Source of the DNA: Candidatus Hodarchaeota archaeon
GTDB taxonomy: Archaea; Asgardarchaeota; Lokiarchaeia; Sigyniarchaeales; SOKP01
Direction: 5' to 3'
Assembly: GCA_048886685.1 (NCBI GenBank)
Contig: JBHLKM010000009.1
Location: 32,001-96,000, forward strand
Length of the DNA stretch: 64,000 bases
Shown here: positions 48,388-58,758 of the stretch, in pieces
Layout of the letters: each line of letters opens with the position of its first letter
Position numbering within the stretch: position 1 is the first letter of the stretch
The notes under the pieces: generated by a model
The model's input: only the letters and a program-made list of their open reading frames with translations
The model's database searches: none
Told to the model about the DNA's origin: nothing
Position numbers and translations under genes: made by a program

Positions 48388-48722
48388 TTTTATGAATCCT
48401 AATTATAATTAGATATATTAATTATTATTTGATCTAATAAATTTTTATAATATTATACCGCTCGATAATTATAATTTTAATGGAAATGAAATCTTATAAA
48501 TGTAGTCTGATTTTCTTTTTGTATAAATCATCAGTACAAACATCCTTTATTAATTCATCAGAGAACAGATTAAAATCGAGTTTTACCATATAAATTAACT
48601 ATTTTTAGAAAGAATAATTAGAACATTTTGCGTGAGAAAAATTGATATATCGAAATTTATAAGTACTTTATATTAAAATAAAAATAATTTAATTTAATAA
48701 AAGCTTTAATAGTCATGAGGCA

Positions 48723-49292
48723 TTAAGCTTTTTTAAAAACTTCTTTAGCTTTTTCTTTAATAACATAATTCGATTCTTTTTCTATAAAACATTTAATTTC
48801 TTTACAAACTAAAGGATTTTTCACCATATTAAAGGTATCCAAGAACCGTAAAACTGCCCACCGAACTGAATCGTCAGGATCATTTAGTAGTGGTAAAATA
48901 TATTTTAAATACTTTTTATCTCCAACCTGTTCGATTTTAAATATTGTTCGTGCTCTAGTAATGAAATCAGGATCATATAAGTATGGAACTAATAGATCTT
49001 CAATCTTATTACTTTTAATAAAATCTAACATAAAATTAAAAATATCTATCTTAAAGTTATGAATTTCATTCGTTTCTTTAATATAGGAATTAATTATATT
49101 TTGAGCTTTTTTACCAATTTTCAGTAGACTCTCAAAGGATATGAAAAAATTATCTGATAATTCTGATTTATCCAATTTCAAGTTATCAAGTAAATATCTA
49201 ATAATTTTGTCGTCAACTTTCGATATTTCTATAATATCCCAATTTAGATCTTCTTCTTCTTCCCAGATTTTATTGTCCCCTAAATAACTCAC
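48723..49292 (-). CDS. HEAT-repeat protein
   Basis: LYDPDFITRART, LLNDPDDSVRWAVL, EKESNYVIKEKA. Confidence 0.8.
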   Translation of the reverse strand: MSYLGDNKIWEEEEDLNWDIIEISKVDDKIIRYLLDNLKLDKSELSDNFFISFESLLKIGKKAQNIINSYIKETNEIHNFKIDIFNFMLDFIKSNKIEDLLVPYLYDPDFITRARTIFKIEQVGDKKYLKYILPLLNDPDDSVRWAVLRFLDTFNMVKNPLVCKEIKCFIEKESNYVIKEKAKEVFKKA

Positions 49293-49561
49293 TTAATCAT
49301 CCTACGAAGTTTTTTCTTAATAATTAAAAAAAAATAGGATTTCTCTTTTAATTGATTTATTATTAAAATAGAAATAAATGATTGAATTTGATTTAATTAT
49401 CTCAAATTTTAATAATAAGTTGATAAGAAATTAAATGGTTAATAATATCTATATTCTAGAAAAATTTTTGAATTAAATTTAATTAATAGAATAATAGTTT
49501 ACAAAAAACTAAAAAAGTTTGTAAAATTGAGATTATTCAAAGGTTGGGGTATAAGAGAATT

Positions 49562-49759
49562 CTAAGTTTTCCTTTCCAGAAGATTTTTAACATTATTATA
49601 AAAAATATCTTGTTTTATTTCATGCGAGACTCTCGGTAAAGTTAGAATTTTATCGATTTCTAAGGGTAATGGAGATGCTGTAGGTGAATCTGATCCAAAC
49701 AAGATTTTTTTGTGACCAATAGTCTTTATTAGATTGTAAATGCCAAATGAAACAGAATA
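49562..49759 (-). pseudogene. C-terminal remnant of an amidohydrolase (Amidohydro_2) gene, no start codon
   Basis: Minus frame reads YSVSFGIYNLIKTIGHKKILFGSDSPTASPLPLEIDKILTLPRVSHEIKQDIFYNNVKNLLERKT*. ILFGSDxP and K..IFYNN..LL are the family's C-terminal signature. Confidence 0.8.
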
Positions 49760-49779
49760 TTAAAAAAAGAATAAAAACT

Positions 49780-50064
49780 CTATAAATTTTTAATTTTTTC
49801 GAGAATCTCTTTTCGATTTCTCTCCCAGTATTTATCAACTCTTCTCTTTACAATCTTTTTTGTTACCTTTTTAACAACGGTTCTCTTCGTCAAAATCCCT
49901 AAAATATTCATAACTTTCTCAACGATAAGAGCCTTTATTATACCTTCAATAGGTTCACCTTTAGATATTCTATCAAGCCATTTTTCAAAGACTTTACCAA
50001 TATTTTGGTCAATTTTCTCTCTTAGCTCTGATGAGACTTCTTCTCCTTGTTCTTCTTCTGCCAA
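49780..50064 (-). CDS. Small helical hypothetical protein
   Basis: 94 codons, TTG start preceded by GTGAT, acidic N-terminus and basic C-terminus. Confidence 0.6.
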   Translation of the reverse strand: MAEEEQGEEVSSELREKIDQNIGKVFEKWLDRISKGEPIEGIIKALIVEKVMNILGILTKRTVVKKVTKKIVKRRVDKYWERNRKEILEKIKNL

Positions 50065-50395
50065 ATTTTATCACTATTGTAGTTTTAATTTAATGATAAT
50101 ATTCACATCATTTAAAATTATAGAACTACTAAATGAATTTATCTTTTGAAATGAAAATCATGTCATTGATTTTTGGATATTCATCAAGAACAATCTTGGT
50201 TTTTCTCCTCTAATCTTTCAAACTCTTCTTCTTGAAAAATATATAAAAGAAAAAAAAAATTATTGTATCGGTCTTTCTTCATATTAGTATATGATTCTTT
50301 CATTTCCTACAGTTATAATATCTTAAAAGAATTTTTATTTACGCAAAAATTATTCATTTTATGTTCTATTCCATATATGAAGAGGTTAGATTTAA

Positions 50396-51829
50396 TTGAC
50401 TGATTTATTCTCAGAAATTGATGATATCTTCCATTCAAAGTCTCTTGCAATTTATGGTGTGAGTAGGAAAGGTGGTTTGGGGAATATTTTATTACAGGGA
50501 TTTATTGATCAAGAATTTCCCAAAATATTTATCGTCAACCCTAGAATAACTGAATCTAATGTTAAAATTATGGGAATCTCTGTTTTTTCAGATTTGAAAT
50601 CCATCGGGGAGCCTATTGATCTGGTTATATGCTCCACTCATCCTAAATTCGTTCAAGAGATCATTACTGAATGTGGTGAAAATGGAGTAAAGACAGTAAT
50701 AATTTTTTCAGCTGGATTTGGGGAAAAAAATGAAGAAGGTAAAAAAGCTGAAAAAGAATTGTTAAAAATTGCTCGAAAATATCAAATGAGGTTAATTGGA
50801 CCTAATTGTATGGGGTTATATTGTCCTAGTTCAAAACTCTCATTCTTTCCATCCTTACCAACAGAATCAGGTTCATTAGGCTTAATTAGCCAAAGTGGTT
50901 CAATTGCCAATATTATGGCATTTGTTTCAATGCTAAAGGGAACATACTTCTCAAAAGCAATAAGTTATGGCAATGGTATTGATTTAGGTTTTAATGATTT
51001 TTTAGAATATTTAGCAGATGACCCTGATACTAAAATAATAGCATGTTACTTGGAAGGCGTTGATGATGGAAGAAGATTCATCGAATTGGTAAAAAAAATT
51101 AAAAAACCTATAATTATTTGGAAGGTGGGGGTGACCTCTGGAGGATCAAGAGCTGCTCATTCACATACAGGGTCTATATGTGGAAATAATGAGTTATGGA
51201 ATACGGTATTTGACCAATATGGAGTGATCAGAGTATATAATTTGGAAGAAATGGTTAGTATGATCCAAGCATTCATTAATCCTATTCCAGTGAGAAATTG
51301 TAGAGTTGCCATTCTTTCAGGACCTGGAGGACCTGCTGTATCTTCAGCTGATGCATGTGAGATGAATAATCTAAAATTGGCAGAATTGACCAATGATTCA
51401 AAATTGAAGCTTGAAAAGGTTATCCCTGAATTCGGCTCAAGTATTTCAAACCCTATAGATTTAAGTCTTCAGGTAGTATTTGATCCAATGTTAGAAAAAA
51501 CCGCATATGAAATAGTTGGGATGGATTCGAATGTTGATATGATGCTTATTTGGCAATCGATGTTAAATCCTCGATATAAGGATTTGATTATGTTGCAAGA
51601 AAAGATTTCTAAGCCAATCGTAATTATTTCTGCCATAGATGTGAATGTTTCGGCAGATTCTTTTAGCAGTACGGCTAAACGATCATTTATACAGATAAGA
51701 GCCAAAAAAGTTCCTAGTTTAATAAAAAATTTGAATCAGAGCGGGATTTCAGTACATCCGAATGAACATTTAGCCGCTAAGGCTTTATATAATATTTATC
51801 AGTTTTATAACAAATCTAAGAAATATTAA
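50396..51829 (+). CDS. acdA: ADP-forming acyl-CoA synthetase alpha subunit (CoA-binding)
   Basis: SAGFGE, GPNCMG, SQSGS, YLEGVDDGR, AAHSHTGS (phospho-His), NPIDL. Confidence 0.8.
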   Translation: MTDLFSEIDDIFHSKSLAIYGVSRKGGLGNILLQGFIDQEFPKIFIVNPRITESNVKIMGISVFSDLKSIGEPIDLVICSTHPKFVQEIITECGENGVKTVIIFSAGFGEKNEEGKKAEKELLKIARKYQMRLIGPNCMGLYCPSSKLSFFPSLPTESGSLGLISQSGSIANIMAFVSMLKGTYFSKAISYGNGIDLGFNDFLEYLADDPDTKIIACYLEGVDDGRRFIELVKKIKKPIIIWKVGVTSGGSRAAHSHTGSICGNNELWNTVFDQYGVIRVYNLEEMVSMIQAFINPIPVRNCRVAILSGPGGPAVSSADACEMNNLKLAELTNDSKLKLEKVIPEFGSSISNPIDLSLQVVFDPMLEKTAYEIVGMDSNVDMMLIWQSMLNPRYKDLIMLQEKISKPIVIISAIDVNVSADSFSSTAKRSFIQIRAKKVPSLIKNLNQSGISVHPNEHLAAKALYNIYQFYNKSKKY

Positions 51830-51872
51830 GGAATAAAATTAGTAATAATGATATAAAATACAGATAGATAAT

Positions 51873-52730
51873 TTATTTGTGTTTAATAAATGTTCCATTC
51901 TGATATTCTTGAAAAGCTACTCTTAATTCTTCTTCAGTATTCATAACGATTGGTCCACGCCAAGCCACAGGTTCTTTTAGTGGTTTACCAGAGACAAGCA
52001 AAAAGCGTATATTTTGGTCATTAGTTGTGATTTTTACAGCATCTCCATCTCTATAGATTATTAATGTTTCTTTTTTCACTAGTTCCTCTTTCTTATCATC
52101 AAAATATCCTTCACCCTCAATTGTATAAGCAAAAACATTATGTCCAGATTTAACAGGATGAATATATTCTGAATTTGGATTAATATAAATATCTAAATAT
52201 TCGGGTTCAGTAATTATATCATGAACTGGTCCTTTAACTCCATTAATTACACCACAAATAATCTTTATTTTTACATTCTCACCAACTGATACTTCGGGAA
52301 TATCCTCACTTTTTATTTCCTGATAACGAGGGTCCATCATTTTATGAGATGCAGGTAAATTGGCCCATAACTGGAAACCTTTCATCAATGGGTCATTCCC
52401 TTGGAATTTAGGCATTTCTTGATGGATTATACCACTCCCTGCTGTCATCCATTGAACATCACCAGGTTCAAGCACTCCTTTATTCCCTAAACTATCCTCA
52501 TGTTCGCCTTTACCGTGTAGTACATAAGTGATCGTTTCTATTCCACGATGAGGATGCCAAGGAAATCCTGCCATATAATCACTAGGATTATCTGAACCGA
52601 AATCATCAAAAAGCAGAAAAGGATCAAGTGAATCATCAACATAACCAAATGCTCGTTTTAGTCTAACACCAGCACCTTCCATGGTTGGTCTACTTTTTAA
52701 GGTTAGTTTTATCTTTCGAATCGTATTCAT
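51873..52730 (-). CDS. Pirin family protein
   Basis: EGAGVRL, DPFLLFD, GFPWHPHRGIETITY, WMTAGSGIIHQE, GPIVMNT. Start taken at the ATG at 52730. Confidence 0.93.
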   Translation of the reverse strand: MNTIRKIKLTLKSRPTMEGAGVRLKRAFGYVDDSLDPFLLFDDFGSDNPSDYMAGFPWHPHRGIETITYVLHGKGEHEDSLGNKGVLEPGDVQWMTAGSGIIHQEMPKFQGNDPLMKGFQLWANLPASHKMMDPRYQEIKSEDIPEVSVGENVKIKIICGVINGVKGPVHDIITEPEYLDIYINPNSEYIHPVKSGHNVFAYTIEGEGYFDDKKEELVKKETLIIYRDGDAVKITTNDQNIRFLLVSGKPLKEPVAWRGPIVMNTEEELRVAFQEYQNGTFIKHK

Positions 52731-52886
52731 AGTATTTAACAGTCGAGTCAAACAGATAATTCTTTGCCTTATAATAATTAAATTCATTTCAATGTAAGTA
52801 AATAAATCATAAATCTCCACCTAACACTATTTATTTCTTGGAGATTTATATGAAAGTAAAAAGAAATACAAAATTAAGGTATTATT

Positions 52887-53387
52887 ATGATAAAAAGGAT
52901 TATACATTTTAATGTAGTTTGTTCAGACTTAGAAAAATCACTGGAATTTTATGTTGACTTTTTAGGAGGACATCTACTTGGGAATAGAAAGAAAGAGGAT
53001 ATTATTGGAAGAAAAACTGAAAGTGAAGGCGTTGGAATTGCTCTTGGATTGGGTGATACAGCGGAATATAAAGGCTGGCTTATCCGATGGGGTTACGATA
53101 AAAGTGCAACAGTACTCGATCTACTTCAATGGACTAAACCCCCTTCTACGGGAAAACCTTATGATAGAATAAACAATGTGGGAATCACTCGGATCTCCCT
53201 TGAAGTGGATGAAGTTGATAAAATGTACCGCGAACTGAAATCGAAGGGCGTTGAGTTTATTAGCCCTCCTCAAGTTGCAGACCTAACTCCTGAAACACCG
53301 GGAAGAAATCTAATAAAACTAGCTACGGCTAAGGATCCGGATGGGATTTTTGTCAATCTCGAAGAATTTATCCAGAGTCAAGACTAA
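52887..53387 (+). CDS. VOC/glyoxalase family protein
   Basis: HFNVVCSDLEKSLEFY, GITRISLEVDEVD, KDPDGIFVNLEE. Confidence 0.88.
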   Translation: MIKRIIHFNVVCSDLEKSLEFYVDFLGGHLLGNRKKEDIIGRKTESEGVGIALGLGDTAEYKGWLIRWGYDKSATVLDLLQWTKPPSTGKPYDRINNVGITRISLEVDEVDKMYRELKSKGVEFISPPQVADLTPETPGRNLIKLATAKDPDGIFVNLEEFIQSQD

Positions 53388-53444
53388 ATAAATCATAACC
53401 AATTAATAACTACACTTATTTTAACATAAATATTAATCAAATCT

Positions 53445-54632
53445 ATGTTAAATCACAGGTTAATAAATCCACCTAGAGAACCTAAGAAATTTGTTAAGGA
53501 AGCAATTAAATTCTTGAATAAGCATGCTCATGGTAAGAAAGTTTTTTGTGCTTTATCAGGAGGAATTGATAGCTCAACTGCATACCTTTTACTCAAAAAA
53601 GCAAAAATTGATACGATTCCTGTCTTTATTGATCACGGGTTAATGAGAGTTATAAGAGGTGTAGAAGAGAGAGAATATATTAAAAATTTCTTTCCTAATG
53701 TAATTATTTTAGATATTCGGGACCAATTTCTTCCCAAAATATTAGGTGAAGGAGATGCTGAAAAGAAGAGACAATTATTCAAGGATGCATATTCAAGTAC
53801 AATTAGTAAAGTTATAAAAGAGGAAAAATGTGATCTTCTTGCAGATGGAACAATTCTTCCTGATATAGAAGAGAGTTTTGGTGTAAGAATTAATGATTTA
53901 AAAGAATCTATGACGATCGATGAGGAACTTGCCTTAAAAAATACATATATGAAAGGTTTTGTAAAAAGCCAACATAATGTAGAAATTGAGTACGATGTCG
54001 AAGCAACAATTCAACCAGTTGCGAGTTTAACTAAACATGAAGTACGTAAGGTGCTTGAATATCTAAGAATGCCAGAAGACCTAATCTTTAGGAAGGCATT
54101 TCCAGGACCAGCCTTATCAGCTCGAATTATTGGTCCTGTCACGCTTGAAAATTTGGAATTTGAGAAAAAAGTTCATGACCTTGTTGAATCTCAGGTTGAG
54201 GATTTTTATAAAAATAAATACGGAAAGCCGATGATTATAAATAATGCTGAAGAACAAGAACCATTCCAAATTTTTGCTGCAATAGGCGAAGATGTTATTA
54301 ATAAGCAAGTAACTGGATTGGTTAATGGAAGTAGAACTTATCAAACTCCTAAAATTGAAAAAGGTGACTGGGATTATAACAATCTTGTTAATAGAGCTAC
54401 AGAAATTAAAGGATTCTCTCGGATTTTATTTGAATTAGGTAATAATCCTACAGGTCAATATGATGTAATTATTAGATGCATCAATAGTAAGGATGCCAGA
54501 ACCGCAACAGTCACAAATTTACCATTAGAGCTGTTAAAGCAGCTAATGCAGGCACTTCTTGAGATTCCTAAAACAAAATTTGTATATTTCGATGTAACCC
54601 CAAAACCTCCCGCAACAATAGAGTATGTATAA
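53445..54632 (+). CDS. guaAB: GMP synthase ATP-pyrophosphatase subunit (split archaeal type)
   Basis: ALSGGIDSS, DHGLMR, KSQHN, FPGPAL, DVTPKPPATIEY. No glutaminase domain. Confidence 0.85.
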   Translation: MLNHRLINPPREPKKFVKEAIKFLNKHAHGKKVFCALSGGIDSSTAYLLLKKAKIDTIPVFIDHGLMRVIRGVEEREYIKNFFPNVIILDIRDQFLPKILGEGDAEKKRQLFKDAYSSTISKVIKEEKCDLLADGTILPDIEESFGVRINDLKESMTIDEELALKNTYMKGFVKSQHNVEIEYDVEATIQPVASLTKHEVRKVLEYLRMPEDLIFRKAFPGPALSARIIGPVTLENLEFEKKVHDLVESQVEDFYKNKYGKPMIINNAEEQEPFQIFAAIGEDVINKQVTGLVNGSRTYQTPKIEKGDWDYNNLVNRATEIKGFSRILFELGNNPTGQYDVIIRCINSKDARTATVTNLPLELLKQLMQALLEIPKTKFVYFDVTPKPPATIEYV

Positions 54633-54655
54633 ATTTTTTTAATAAAATTCCTTTA

Positions 54656-55471
54656 TTGAATATAATTATGAGAGAAAACCGAAAAATAATAATAACCGCC
54701 ACTACGGCAAATTCTTTAGTATATCCTGATGTAAAAAATTGGGCAGAAACAAATGAACAACTAATCGAAGATGTAGTCGAATGTTATGAAGCTGGTGCTG
54801 CAGTTGCTCATGTTCACTTACCTCGAGGAGAGGAAGTTGAAATAGTTAAGAGAATACGAGAAAGATGTGATATAATTATTCAGGCGGGAGTTTCTAGTGA
54901 GGCGATCCAACAAAGAAAAGGAGATTTTGAATCTAAACCAGAAATGATGTCAGTGATGCTAAATCATGACGCGGAGTATTTTGAACACATTAAATTAGAC
55001 ATTCTTCATCCAATAGAAGAATTGGAAGAATACTGTGTTAAATTGAAGAAATATAATATAAAACCTGAATGGGAAATGTGGCACACGGGATCTTCCTGGA
55101 ATTTAAGTTATTTAATCGATAAAGGTTTATTAGATTGGTCAAATCCGCATGTTATAACTTTATTCTTCAATTGGCCTGGGGGAATGTGGAGCCCCCCAAA
55201 TTATCAAGAATATATGTATAGAAAAAAATTCATGCCAGAAAACACGATTCATAGTGTAAGTGTAATGGGAGAAGATCAAATGAAGCTTTTAGTTTTTGTT
55301 CTTACTCATGGGGGAAATATAAGGGTTGGTACGGAAGATTACCCGTTCATTAAAAAAGAAATACCGGCGAAAAACAATGCGGAAATTGTAAAAAATTATG
55401 TCGACATTTGCAAACATGTTCGTCGGGAAGTTGCAGATCCATCAGAAGCAAGAAATATATTAGGATTATAA
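54656..55471 (+). CDS. Beta-keto acid cleavage enzyme (BKACE/Kce, DUF849)
   Basis: KIIITAT, EAGAAVAHVH, KPEWE, GGNIRVGTED, ADPSEARNILGL. Confidence 0.88.
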   Translation: MNIIMRENRKIIITATTANSLVYPDVKNWAETNEQLIEDVVECYEAGAAVAHVHLPRGEEVEIVKRIRERCDIIIQAGVSSEAIQQRKGDFESKPEMMSVMLNHDAEYFEHIKLDILHPIEELEEYCVKLKKYNIKPEWEMWHTGSSWNLSYLIDKGLLDWSNPHVITLFFNWPGGMWSPPNYQEYMYRKKFMPENTIHSVSVMGEDQMKLLVFVLTHGGNIRVGTEDYPFIKKEIPAKNNAEIVKNYVDICKHVRREVADPSEARNILGL

Positions 55472-55571
55472 TAATAATGTTTGAAGGAAGCAAAAGATTA
55501 ATTAGAATTAATTGTAAAAAATTAAGAGAATAGAAATTAATAAAAAATATGATATTAAAGAGGTCTTAAAT

Positions 55572-56261
55572 TTGGTAAAACATATTGGAATTGTTGCTTG
55601 TAGTGCAGAAGGGGCTGCTTTATGTTATACTACTATATGCATAGAAGCGCAGGAAAAATTGTTTAAGTATAGACATCCTGAGATCACTATGCATACACCA
55701 CCTTTTTCGGATTATATGCAATACATTTGGAATGGGAATTGGGAAAAAGTAGCAGAACTAATGCTCGCCTCTACAGAAATTGTAGCAAAAGCAGGAGCGG
55801 ACTTTGCAATTTGCCCGGATAATACAATCCACCAAGCATATGGTTTAATGATATCCAAATCACCCATCCCGTGGCTACATATTGCAGAAGTAGTAGGAGA
55901 GGAAGCAAAAAATAAAAAATTTAAACATTTAGGTATATTAGGGACAAAATATCTTGTCTCATCTCAAGTTTATCCCGAATCTCTGAAGAAATTTCGGATA
56001 ACTTGTGAACTTCCGCAAGAAAGGGATCGAGAAAAAATAGATCGGATTATTTTTGAAGAACTAGTAAATGGCATTTTTTCAGAGGAATCTAGAAATGAGT
56101 TAAATAAAATAATTCAAAAGTTAGCTAAAAATGGATGTGATGCTGTCGTTCTGGGGTGTACAGAACTCCCCTTAATTATAGATCCTAATGATTGTCCTCT
56201 ACCTACTTTAGATTCTACTAGATTGCTAGCAAGAGCAGCAATTAATAAAGCTTTAGAATAG
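55572..56261 (+). CDS. Aspartate/glutamate racemase family protein
   Basis: GADFAICPDNTIH, PIPWLHIA, GILGTKY, VLGCTELP, DSTRLLA. Confidence 0.88.
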   Translation: MVKHIGIVACSAEGAALCYTTICIEAQEKLFKYRHPEITMHTPPFSDYMQYIWNGNWEKVAELMLASTEIVAKAGADFAICPDNTIHQAYGLMISKSPIPWLHIAEVVGEEAKNKKFKHLGILGTKYLVSSQVYPESLKKFRITCELPQERDREKIDRIIFEELVNGIFSEESRNELNKIIQKLAKNGCDAVVLGCTELPLIIDPNDCPLPTLDSTRLLARAAINKALE

Positions 56262-56272
56262 GGGATGAAATC

Positions 56273-57115
56273 ATGGAAATTAAATTGAAAAACCTAACAA
56301 TTTATTATGAGTTACATGGCAAAGGGTATCCTATTTTAATGATTCATGGATTTATGCCTGACCATCGTTTAATGAAAGGATGTATGGAACCTATTTTTAA
56401 AAACAAAAATAATTACAAACGAATTTATTTCGATTTACCTGGAATGGGAAAAACTGCTGGATCAAGTTGGTTAAAGAATTCAGATGAAATTGTTGACATT
56501 GTTTTAGAATTCATTGATGAAATCATTCCTCATGAAAGATTTATAATTGCTAGTGAATCGTATGGATGCTATTTAGCAAGAGGTATTATTTTAAAAAGAC
56601 CTGATTTTGTAGATGGTATCTTATTTATTTGTCCTCTTATAGCCCCGTTACCAGAAGATCGAGATTTACCAAAAGATATTAGAGTATTTGTAAAAGATAC
56701 TAATTTTATTAAAAGTTTAAATCCATTGGAGGTTGAAGAATTAGAAGAATCGTTGATAGTTCAAACTAAAGAAGTATGGGAAAGATTTCGAGATGAAGTT
56801 TTGTCTGGAATAAGAGTAGCAGATGAAAATTTTATTAATAAAATATTTCCAGCTAATTATTCATTTTCTTTTGAAGTTGACCACCTCTTAAAATTATATG
56901 ATAAACCCTCATTATTTCTTTTGGGGAGACAAGATAATACAGTGGGATATCGTGATGCTTGGAAAATTATTGAAAACTACCCAAGAGCTACTTTTGCAAT
57001 TCTCGATCAGGCAGGTCATAATCTACAAATTGAAAAAGCAAATCTGTTTAATTCTTTGGTATCAGAATGGTTAGAAAGAGTAGAAGAATATATTTCAGTC
57101 AAAAATAAGAATTAA
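56273..57115 (+). CDS. Alpha/beta hydrolase
   Basis: MIHGF, DLPGMG, SESYG nucleophile elbow, GRQD, AGHNL. Confidence 0.88.
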   Translation: MEIKLKNLTIYYELHGKGYPILMIHGFMPDHRLMKGCMEPIFKNKNNYKRIYFDLPGMGKTAGSSWLKNSDEIVDIVLEFIDEIIPHERFIIASESYGCYLARGIILKRPDFVDGILFICPLIAPLPEDRDLPKDIRVFVKDTNFIKSLNPLEVEELEESLIVQTKEVWERFRDEVLSGIRVADENFINKIFPANYSFSFEVDHLLKLYDKPSLFLLGRQDNTVGYRDAWKIIENYPRATFAILDQAGHNLQIEKANLFNSLVSEWLERVEEYISVKNKN

Positions 57116-57136
57116 AAATAAAACCTTTTAATGGAT

Positions 57137-58204
57137 TTAATTAATCTCTTTTGGCTCTTCTCTTGGTAATCTCTCTTTTACAGTTAAAATTGGATTAAAC
57201 ATCTTGTGAGGTTCTTTCTGATACCAGTATGCCGTTGATGACCAGTCATCTGAACGTTGATTTGCATGTCCGTGTTCAATTTTAACTTTTATATTTTTAT
57301 GAAAGTAGATTGGATCTTCAATATGATACCTATAATATGATATCTTACCACTCCAATTTTTCCCACCAGGTAATGTAACACCAAAATAAGGTGAGCAATA
57401 AAATTCAGTGGGACACCATGAGCCACAGAAATAATCTTCTGTTCCTGTTCCATAAAGAATTATTTCACCATCATCAATTTCGATATAATCATCTCCTTCT
57501 CCAGGCCAATTAAATCTTTCAGTATCGAATAAATTGTGTATATCTAAATGACATCCGACATAATGGCCTTCTCCCTCTGCTTCTAAAATTAAGTAATCTT
57601 CTTCATGATCGATATTACTTTTGCTGAACATTTCTGATTTCCATCCCTCTTCCTTTAAGATTTTATAGTCTTGACCTCTACAAGGATTTTCTCTATTCCA
57701 AATTACATGAAATCTACCATAAGATTCATCGATTTCTGTATATTCTTCATAATCAACATAGTAATAAACAACAAGTTCTTCTGCTGTTTCATTTTCAATC
57801 TCAATTTTCGCTTTTTTTGAAAACGGCATAGGAAACCAGCAATTAAACCCTCTACCATCATTAGGACCCATAGACAGAGGTAAACTCCAAAAATTAACTG
57901 ATTTTCCATGACCAACTCCAAAAAAATCACCAATTGGACATTCGACAGAAGGATTTGGTTCATCATCCCACCACATTCTAATCAGTATCTTTCTTAAGTA
58001 GTGAATATCCTCCGAAGCGAGAGTCATCCATACATGTTTGATAATCCCAGAACCTTCTATATTACAAAGCTCAAATTTATCATTTTTTTCTATTCTTACA
58101 AAATCTGCATTTGCCCCTTCTTTATCATAGCTAGATATTCTCTTTCTCTTTGCTTCTTTATTAATTCTTGCTAAATTCGAGAGTGAATTAAAACCAAAAT
58201 CCAT
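57137..58204 (-). CDS. DUF2961 / glycoside hydrolase family 172 protein
   Basis: RISSYD, PIGDFFG, PMPFSK, WPGEGD, GTGTEDYF, IEHGHAN. Confidence 0.88.
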   Translation of the reverse strand: MDFGFNSLSNLARINKEAKRKRISSYDKEGANADFVRIEKNDKFELCNIEGSGIIKHVWMTLASEDIHYLRKILIRMWWDDEPNPSVECPIGDFFGVGHGKSVNFWSLPLSMGPNDGRGFNCWFPMPFSKKAKIEIENETAEELVVYYYVDYEEYTEIDESYGRFHVIWNRENPCRGQDYKILKEEGWKSEMFSKSNIDHEEDYLILEAEGEGHYVGCHLDIHNLFDTERFNWPGEGDDYIEIDDGEIILYGTGTEDYFCGSWCPTEFYCSPYFGVTLPGGKNWSGKISYYRYHIEDPIYFHKNIKVKIEHGHANQRSDDWSSTAYWYQKEPHKMFNPILTVKERLPREEPKEIN

Positions 58205-58296
58205 TTAAATTCCCTATCTTGAAATAGTATCAAATTAAATTCTTAAAATGAATTAACCTTTATTAATAATTATACCAATCTTGAAATTAATTTAAA

Positions 58297-58713
58297 TTAT
58301 TGACCTTGTACTTGAACAAAAACTCTTCTATTTCGAGGCCCATCATATTCGGCAAACATAATACCTTGCCATGTTCCAAGCATTAATCTTTTTTCATGAA
58401 TTATTATTTCAACGGAATGTCCGGTTAAAGTACATTTGATGTGAGCATCTGAATTCCCTTCTCCATGCTTATATGAGTACCCTAATCCCCCACCTTTAGG
58501 GATTACTTTTCCTAAGAAATTGGAAATATCTTTTTTTACAGAAGGATCGGCATTTTCATTAATCGTTATTCCTGCGGTTGTATGAGGTATGAATATTCGA
58601 CATACCCCCTCTTGGATGTTAGCATCTCTTACGATTTTATGCACTTCATTAGTTATATCTAGAAGGATTTCTCTCTCTGGAGTTTTAAGCCTAAATTCTG
58701 CAAATTTAATCAT
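58297..58713 (-). CDS. yjbQ: YjbQ / UPF0047 family protein
   Basis: PHTTAGITINENADP, HGEGNSDAHIK, LGTWQGI..EYDGPR. Confidence 0.92.
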   Translation of the reverse strand: MIKFAEFRLKTPEREILLDITNEVHKIVRDANIQEGVCRIFIPHTTAGITINENADPSVKKDISNFLGKVIPKGGGLGYSYKHGEGNSDAHIKCTLTGHSVEIIIHEKRLMLGTWQGIMFAEYDGPRNRRVFVQVQGQ

Positions 58714-58758
58714 AACACCACCATTTATTATTTAATTTGAAAATACATAAATTAATTT

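Noticed and set aside
49650-49838. 62-aa minus-strand ORF
   Set aside because: It is an off-frame reading across the end of 49780..50064 and the amidohydrolase remnant, which explains the sequence better.
50110-50330. Possible further gene remnant on the minus strand (e.g. KTKIVLDEYPKINDMIFISKDKFI)
   Set aside because: No recognisable homology, so it cannot be told apart from random purine-rich sequence.
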